From assembly GCA_044341305.1 (NCBI GenBank), contig JBIIRY010000003.1, forward strand, positions 17,046 through 81,045: 64,000 nucleotides of DNA, given 5' to 3'. Below, in pieces: positions 59,178-64,000 of the stretch (its first letter is position 1; each line of letters begins with the position of its first letter). Both the position numbers and the translations under genes were made by a program. The stretch is from Candidatus Planktophila sp. (GTDB taxonomy: Bacteria > Actinomycetota > Actinomycetes > Nanopelagicales > Nanopelagicaceae). The notes beneath the pieces were generated by a model. The model was not told the origin of the DNA. It saw only the letters and a list, made by a program, of their open reading frames with translations, and made no database searches.

Positions 59178-61238
59178 TTACTTCACATTCTTAAATCGTT
59201 TAGCAAATTGAGAGTGCATGTCCTTAAGTGATTTGCCATCTTTGCTCTGCGTAAATCTAGTCCACTTGTCATCTTGCATATGCCAGCTGGAAACTTCATC
59301 GGATAATCCTTGATCGAGAATTTCTTGCAAATACTGTTTGTGCGCTTTCTTATCTACTCGTACAAGACTTTCGACTCGGCGATTGAGATTTCTGCCCATG
59401 AGATCCGCGCTGCCTATCCAGTATTCATCTTCGCCTGCATTAGTGAAGTGAAATATTCGAGAGTGCTCCAAGAAGCGTCCAAGAATAGAACGCACCTTTA
59501 TATTTTCAGACATTCCCGGAACACCTGGTCTGATGGCACAAATTCCGCGAATGAGAAGATCCACCGATACTCCCGCTTGCGATGCCTCGTAGAGTTTTTC
59601 TACGAACTCTTCATCTAGAAGTGAATTCAACTTGAATTGAATTCCTGCTGGCATGCCATCTTTTGCATTTTGAATTTCTTGATCAATCTTGTCAATTAAC
59701 CCGGGGCGCAGAGTGCGCGGTGCAACCAGAAGGCGAGCGTAGGAAGATTGTGGTGCGAAACCAGATAACTGATTAAAGAGTTTAGATAAATCATCTGTTA
59801 GCTCCTCATCGCTGCTGAGCAACCCTAAATCTTCATACATACGCGCTGTCTTTGGATTGTAATTTCCGGTGCCGATGTGGCAATAACTACGAAGCCCGTT
59901 CGGCTCATCACGCACAACTAAAGATAACTTGGCGTGAGTTTTCAGCCCCATTAATCCATAAACAACATTCACACCGACTGATTCAAGTTTTCTTGCCCAT
60001 CGAACGTTGGCTTGTTCGTCAAAACGTGCGCGGATTTCGATGACAGCTAAAACTTGTTTCCCCGCTTCGGCGGCCTCAATGAGTGCTTCGATAATTGGTG
60101 AATCACCTGATGTTCTATACAACGTCTGCTTGATTGCCAGTACATGTGGATCTCTCGCAGCATTTTCAAGAAAACTGACCACTGAAGAAGTAAATGATTC
60201 ATAGGGATGATGAAGCAGAATTTCCCCTTGGCGAATAGCCGAGAAAAACATATCTGAATCTTCAGTATCTACTTGTTTGAGTGATTTGGGAGTTCTAGAT
60301 CTAAATGGTGCAAACTTTAAATCGGGCAATTCGAGATCCGCTAGTTTATTGAGACTCGTAAGATCTATTGGATTTGGTACCGAGACAATATTTTCGGGAG
60401 CAATTTGTAGTTGCTCAGCAAGACTTTCAAGTCGCGCAGGATCTATGCCTTCTTCAATCTCTAAACGAACAGGTGGCCCAAAGCGTCTGCGTTGTAACTC
60501 TTGTTCGAGTGAGATGAGCAAGTTCTCTGATTCTTCTTCATCAATATCTAAATCTTGGTTTCGAGTTACTCGAAATGTGTAGTGATCTTCAATAATCATT
60601 CCAGGAAAGAGTTCTTGAAGGTGAGTAGCAATTACACTTTCAAGAAGAATATATTTTTGGGCTTTGCCTGGTCCGACTGGCATAAATCGATTGAGAATTG
60701 GTGGAACTTTAACGCGCGCAAAGAAAACGGCGCCTGTTGTTGGGTTCTTAACGATTACGGCAAGGTTAAGTGAAAGACCTGAAATATAGGGAAATGGGTG
60801 AGACGGATCCACCGCTAAAGGCGTTAGGACTGGGAAAATTCTATCTGAAAAAATTTTAGAGACGTACTTACGTTCTTCAGAATTCAGATCTTGCCATTCA
60901 ACAATTTCAATTCCTGATTTTTTCAGTTCAGGCAATATTTCATCTTTAAAGATTTGGGATTGGCGAGCGACTAAGTCATGAGTTTGGCGAGAGATTGCTT
61001 TCATTAACACAGATGGCTCAATGTCTGGACTTGCAGTCATTGGTGAACCATCTTCGAGATTGCTTAAAACAGATGCAACCCGCACCATATAAAATTCATC
61101 AAGGTTTGATGAAAATATTGCCAAGAATCGAACGCGCTCAAGTAGTGGAGTTGACGGATCCGCTGCTAAATCAAGGACGCGTTCATTGAAGGAGAGCCAA
61201 CTGAGCTCTCTATCGATCAGGCGAGATACGGGAAGCAT
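59178..61238 (-). CDS. ppk: polyphosphate kinase 1
   Basis: 686 aa. NRELSWLSFNERVL, FSSNLDEFYMVR, GTGNYN, and two PLD-like HKD-type domains. Confidence 0.96.
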   Translation of the reverse strand: MLPVSRLIDRELSWLSFNERVLDLAADPSTPLLERVRFLAIFSSNLDEFYMVRVASVLSNLEDGSPMTASPDIEPSVLMKAISRQTHDLVARQSQIFKDEILPELKKSGIEIVEWQDLNSEERKYVSKIFSDRIFPVLTPLAVDPSHPFPYISGLSLNLAVIVKNPTTGAVFFARVKVPPILNRFMPVGPGKAQKYILLESVIATHLQELFPGMIIEDHYTFRVTRNQDLDIDEEESENLLISLEQELQRRRFGPPVRLEIEEGIDPARLESLAEQLQIAPENIVSVPNPIDLTSLNKLADLELPDLKFAPFRSRTPKSLKQVDTEDSDMFFSAIRQGEILLHHPYESFTSSVVSFLENAARDPHVLAIKQTLYRTSGDSPIIEALIEAAEAGKQVLAVIEIRARFDEQANVRWARKLESVGVNVVYGLMGLKTHAKLSLVVRDEPNGLRSYCHIGTGNYNPKTARMYEDLGLLSSDEELTDDLSKLFNQLSGFAPQSSYARLLVAPRTLRPGLIDKIDQEIQNAKDGMPAGIQFKLNSLLDEEFVEKLYEASQAGVSVDLLIRGICAIRPGVPGMSENIKVRSILGRFLEHSRIFHFTNAGEDEYWIGSADLMGRNLNRRVESLVRVDKKAHKQYLQEILDQGLSDEVSSWHMQDDKWTRFTQSKDGKSLKDMHSQFAKRFKNVK

Positions 61239-61326
61239 GGGTAAATTCTCGCTTTTTTATGTGAACAGCAGGGAAAGAACTAATGATAACCGTCTTAACT
61301 ACAGTGAACAGAGTCGCTTCGCACGC

Positions 61327-62106
61327 CTAAGCCAGAGGCCACGATGTCAGCGATGTGTATTTACCGCTCCGCCCATCACCTGATGAACGTCCACGTATTC
61401 TGCGCCAAATCCAAGGTAGCGCAAAAGTTAGGATCCACAACAATGTTAAGGCCTTGCGAATAATCCACGGCTTTTTCTTTGAGGCAATAACTGATTCTTT
61501 CCAACCTGAATCAAATGGAGCACCTATTTTTTCAAGTACTGCTTGTGCGACTCTGTAATGCCCCGTTGTATTTAAGTGCAAGCGATCAAAAGCCAAAAGA
61601 TTTGGATTAGCTGATTGAGGATCCATAGATGCATCCATGACCAACAAATTAAACTTATCTGCAACCTCTCGAACGATTGTGTTAAATGAACTCATTCGCT
61701 GCTCCCACATTACGGATGCTTTACCACCATTGCCATTTTTTTCTAGAACTGTAAAGAGCACAATAGTTGCACCTGTTTGAACGAGTTGTGTGACGGCCTT
61801 TACATACGCCGTGCGAACAATGTTTCGGTCAAAATTTGGACGAAGTGCATCATTTGCTCCGGCGTGAAATGAGACAAGAGTCTGTGGGCCATCAATGAGT
61901 GGCAGCGCTAAAGGCACTTGTTCTTCAAAGACTTGTTTAACTAATTTGCCGCGAATAGCGAAGTTTGCATACTTAAATTCAGGGTTCTGCTTAGCTAGAA
62001 CGTCGGCAACGCGATCGGCCCAGCCTCGGTAATTGCCGTTAATGATTTCATCGCTCATTCCTTCTGAGAACGAGTCACCTAGAACTAGAAATCGTGTGTA
62101 CTGCAT
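61327..62106 (-). CDS. SGNH/GDSL hydrolase family protein with C-terminal TM segment
   Basis: FLVLGDSFSEG (block I), GANDA (block III) and DRLHLN (block V). Confidence 0.85.
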   Translation of the reverse strand: MQYTRFLVLGDSFSEGMSDEIINGNYRGWADRVADVLAKQNPEFKYANFAIRGKLVKQVFEEQVPLALPLIDGPQTLVSFHAGANDALRPNFDRNIVRTAYVKAVTQLVQTGATIVLFTVLEKNGNGGKASVMWEQRMSSFNTIVREVADKFNLLVMDASMDPQSANPNLLAFDRLHLNTTGHYRVAQAVLEKIGAPFDSGWKESVIASKKKPWIIRKALTLLWILTFALPWIWRRIRGRSSGDGRSGKYTSLTSWPLA

Positions 62107-63048
62107 TTATTTCTTTCTACGTGCCTCGTCCACCCAGAACAGTGCAATGGATGTTGCAACGCTTGCATTGAGTGATTCGGTTGCTGCGTTCATTGGAATA
62201 GAAACAACGAGATCGCACTTTTCGCGAACAAGACGTGAAAGACCCTTTCCTTCGCTACCAACAACAATCATGATGGGTTCGGTTGCGACTTTCATCTCTG
62301 ACAATGTGACATCTGATTCGCCATCTAAACCAACTACAAAGCAGCCCATTTTCTTGGCATCTTCAATTGTGCGAGCCATGTTGGTCACTTGTGCAACAGG
62401 TATGCGGGCCGCAGCTCCGGCCGATGATTTCCATGCAGATGCTGTCATTGCTGCTGCGCGGCGCTCTGTCATAACAACTCCGGCAACACCAAAGGCAGCG
62501 GCGCTTCGAACAATTGCACCGAGGTTACGTGGATCTGTTACGCCATCTAAAGCAATGATGAGCGCTGGATACTTTGCACGTTCGCTAATTTCTTGGAAAG
62601 AAGAGTATTGATAAGGCTTAATAGCAAGAATGATTCCTTGGCTATTTGCAGATATGCCTTCAATTTCGGCACGATGTACTTCGCGAATTGGCAATCCGTG
62701 ATGCAAAGCAAGTTGTAATGACTCTGCAACACGATCGTCTACATCGATACTGCGCGCAACCATTAATTCAGTTGCCGGAACAGCAGCACGTAGTGCTTCT
62801 AGAACTGCGTTACGACCAGAAACAATTTCACCCTTTGGTTTTTCCATACGAACAGAACGTGTACCAGAAGATGGTGAACGTTTTTCTGCTGCCTTCTTTC
62901 GCTTAGCAGCTGCGTGATATGGACGATCTTCTGCTTTAGGTGTTGGACCTTTACCTGACAGACGACTCTTGTTTTTTCCACCAGTGCCACCGGATGGACC
63001 TTTTTTAGATCCGCGCACTGCGCCTTTGCGTTCTGAATTGCCCGCCAT
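62107..63048 (-). CDS. rlmB: 23S rRNA (guanosine2251-2'-O)-methyltransferase RlmB (SpoU/TrmH family) with basic N-terminal extension
   Basis: LDGVTDPRNLGAIVRSA, VVGSEGKGLSRL and ESLNASVA. It lies downstream of cysS, as in other actinobacteria. Confidence 0.9.
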   Translation of the reverse strand: MAGNSERKGAVRGSKKGPSGGTGGKNKSRLSGKGPTPKAEDRPYHAAAKRKKAAEKRSPSSGTRSVRMEKPKGEIVSGRNAVLEALRAAVPATELMVARSIDVDDRVAESLQLALHHGLPIREVHRAEIEGISANSQGIILAIKPYQYSSFQEISERAKYPALIIALDGVTDPRNLGAIVRSAAAFGVAGVVMTERRAAAMTASAWKSSAGAAARIPVAQVTNMARTIEDAKKMGCFVVGLDGESDVTLSEMKVATEPIMIVVGSEGKGLSRLVREKCDLVVSIPMNAATESLNASVATSIALFWVDEARRKK

Positions 63049-64000
63049 TTATTTACTGCCTTCTGTTGGTGTTGCATTTGATGTAATCGACCAACGTGGC
63101 CCTTGAGCAGTGTCTTCAATTGAAATACCGAGTGCAGCTAAGCCATCACGAATGGCATCTGATGCTGCAAAATCTTTGCGTTCGCGAGCCGCGGTGCGCT
63201 GAGCGAGGGCTAACTTAATTGTTCCATCGAGTGCTGCAGTCAGATCTGTTGCTCCAGATTGTGCGAATACTGAATCAAATGGATCGCAACCAAGTACTTC
63301 TAGTGCTCCACGAATCTCATTTGCATGTTGTGCGATCGCTTTTTTATCACCATCGGTAATTGCGGTATTGCCTAGACGCAGTGATTCAGAGATACCAGCG
63401 AGTGCTGTTGGTACTGCTAAATCATCATTCATCGCCGCAGTGAAAGTAGCGTTAACAACTGGTGTTGGTTCGGTGCCAAGAATTTCAACTGAGCGTTGCA
63501 AGAAAGATTCAATGCGACGAAACGCGATTGCGGATTCCTCGAGGGCGCCCATCGAAAATTCAAGCATCGATCGATAGTGCGCACCGCCGAGATACCAGCG
63601 AAGTTCAATGCCACGAACTGATTTCAGTAACTCAACTACTTGTAGTGAGTTGCCGAGTGACTTACTCATCTTTTCGCCAGATGCTGTAACCCATGCGTTG
63701 TGCATCCATAGCTTTGCAAATGGATAACCCGCTGCTTCTGATTGTGCAATCTCATTTTCGTGGTGTGGGAAAACTAAATCCAATCCGCCACCGTGAATAT
63801 CAAATGCTTCACCTAAATAAGTGTGCGCCATTGCAGAACATTCGAGATGCCATCCTGGACGACCTGCACCCCACGGAGTTGGCCATGATGGGTCTCCTGG
63901 TTTTGCAGCTTTCCATAGTGCGAAATCTCGTGGATCTTTTTTATATGTTTCATCTGCATCCGCTGCAGGTTGTAGATCATCTAATTTTTGGCGGGACAGA
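63049..64000 (-). CDS. cysS: cysteine--tRNA ligase (C-terminal about 316 codons; N-terminus beyond the window end)
   Basis: RPGWHLECSAMA, HGGGLDLVFPHHENE and KMSKSLGN. The frame stays open upstream of the track start (63831) to position 64000. Confidence 0.93.
   Translation of the reverse strand, partial: LSRQKLDDLQPAADADETYKKDPRDFALWKAAKPGDPSWPTPWGAGRPGWHLECSAMAHTYLGEAFDIHGGGLDLVFPHHENEIAQSEAAGYPFAKLWMHNAWVTASGEKMSKSLGNSLQVVELLKSVRGIELRWYLGGAHYRSMLEFSMGALEESAIAFRRIESFLQRSVEILGTEPTPVVNATFTAAMNDDLAVPTALAGISESLRLGNTAITDGDKKAIAQHANEIRGALEVLGCDPFDSVFAQSGATDLTAALDGTIKLALAQRTAARERKDFAASDAIRDGLAALGISIEDTAQGPRWSITSNATPTEGSK

Overview
The window is 64 kb of almost gap-free coding sequence from a mid/low-GC actinobacterium (GC judged by eye at about the mid-40s %, not computed). 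All product calls come from motifs I recognise by reading the supplied translations; no database search was run.

Gene order follows the conserved actinobacterial core block: DUF4307-greA; eno-ftsB/divIC-DUF501-ppx; mazG-mfd; pth-rplY-prs-glmU-tRNA-Gln; rsmI-metG-tatD-rsmA-ispE; pmt; the moeA-like/rimJ-like/membrane-protein trio; citA-pdxH-serC; csp-DUF3027-groEL2; mutT1-like-ppk1; rlmB-cysS. That block, together with a xanthorhodopsin-type actinorhodopsin, suggests a streamlined freshwater acI/Nanopelagicales-like photoheterotroph. The taxon is an inference.

I call about 65 CDS and 4 tRNAs (all on the minus strand), plus a CIRCE operator and a few terminators. I saw no rRNA, IS element, prophage, integrase or CRISPR array.

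Nothing looks like a foreign defence or mobile island. The interesting signals are modifications of core systems:
1. A UAA-anticodon tRNA has a tRNA-Leu-type body but only a 5-nt variable loop (class I length).
2. Two tRNAs are followed by an ORF start codon after a single C, which suggests tRNA-punctuated leaderless mRNAs.
3. A gephyrin-like Glp/GlpR(SepX)-type division module has a MoeA paralog that lacks about 100 aa and all the catalytic motifs I recognise.
4. A CopC-like protein with no His at all sits in a 4-nt-overlap operon with a CopD-CtaG fusion and an acyl-CoA dehydrogenase.
5. A stand-alone DTE-motif, Leu-tuned, Gly-antenna-position actinorhodopsin is divergent from a beta-carbonic anhydrase across a region holding a perfect 20-bp palindrome. 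It is the only gene here with a strong intrinsic terminator.
6. A polyphosphate cluster and several unannotated small ORFs are also present.
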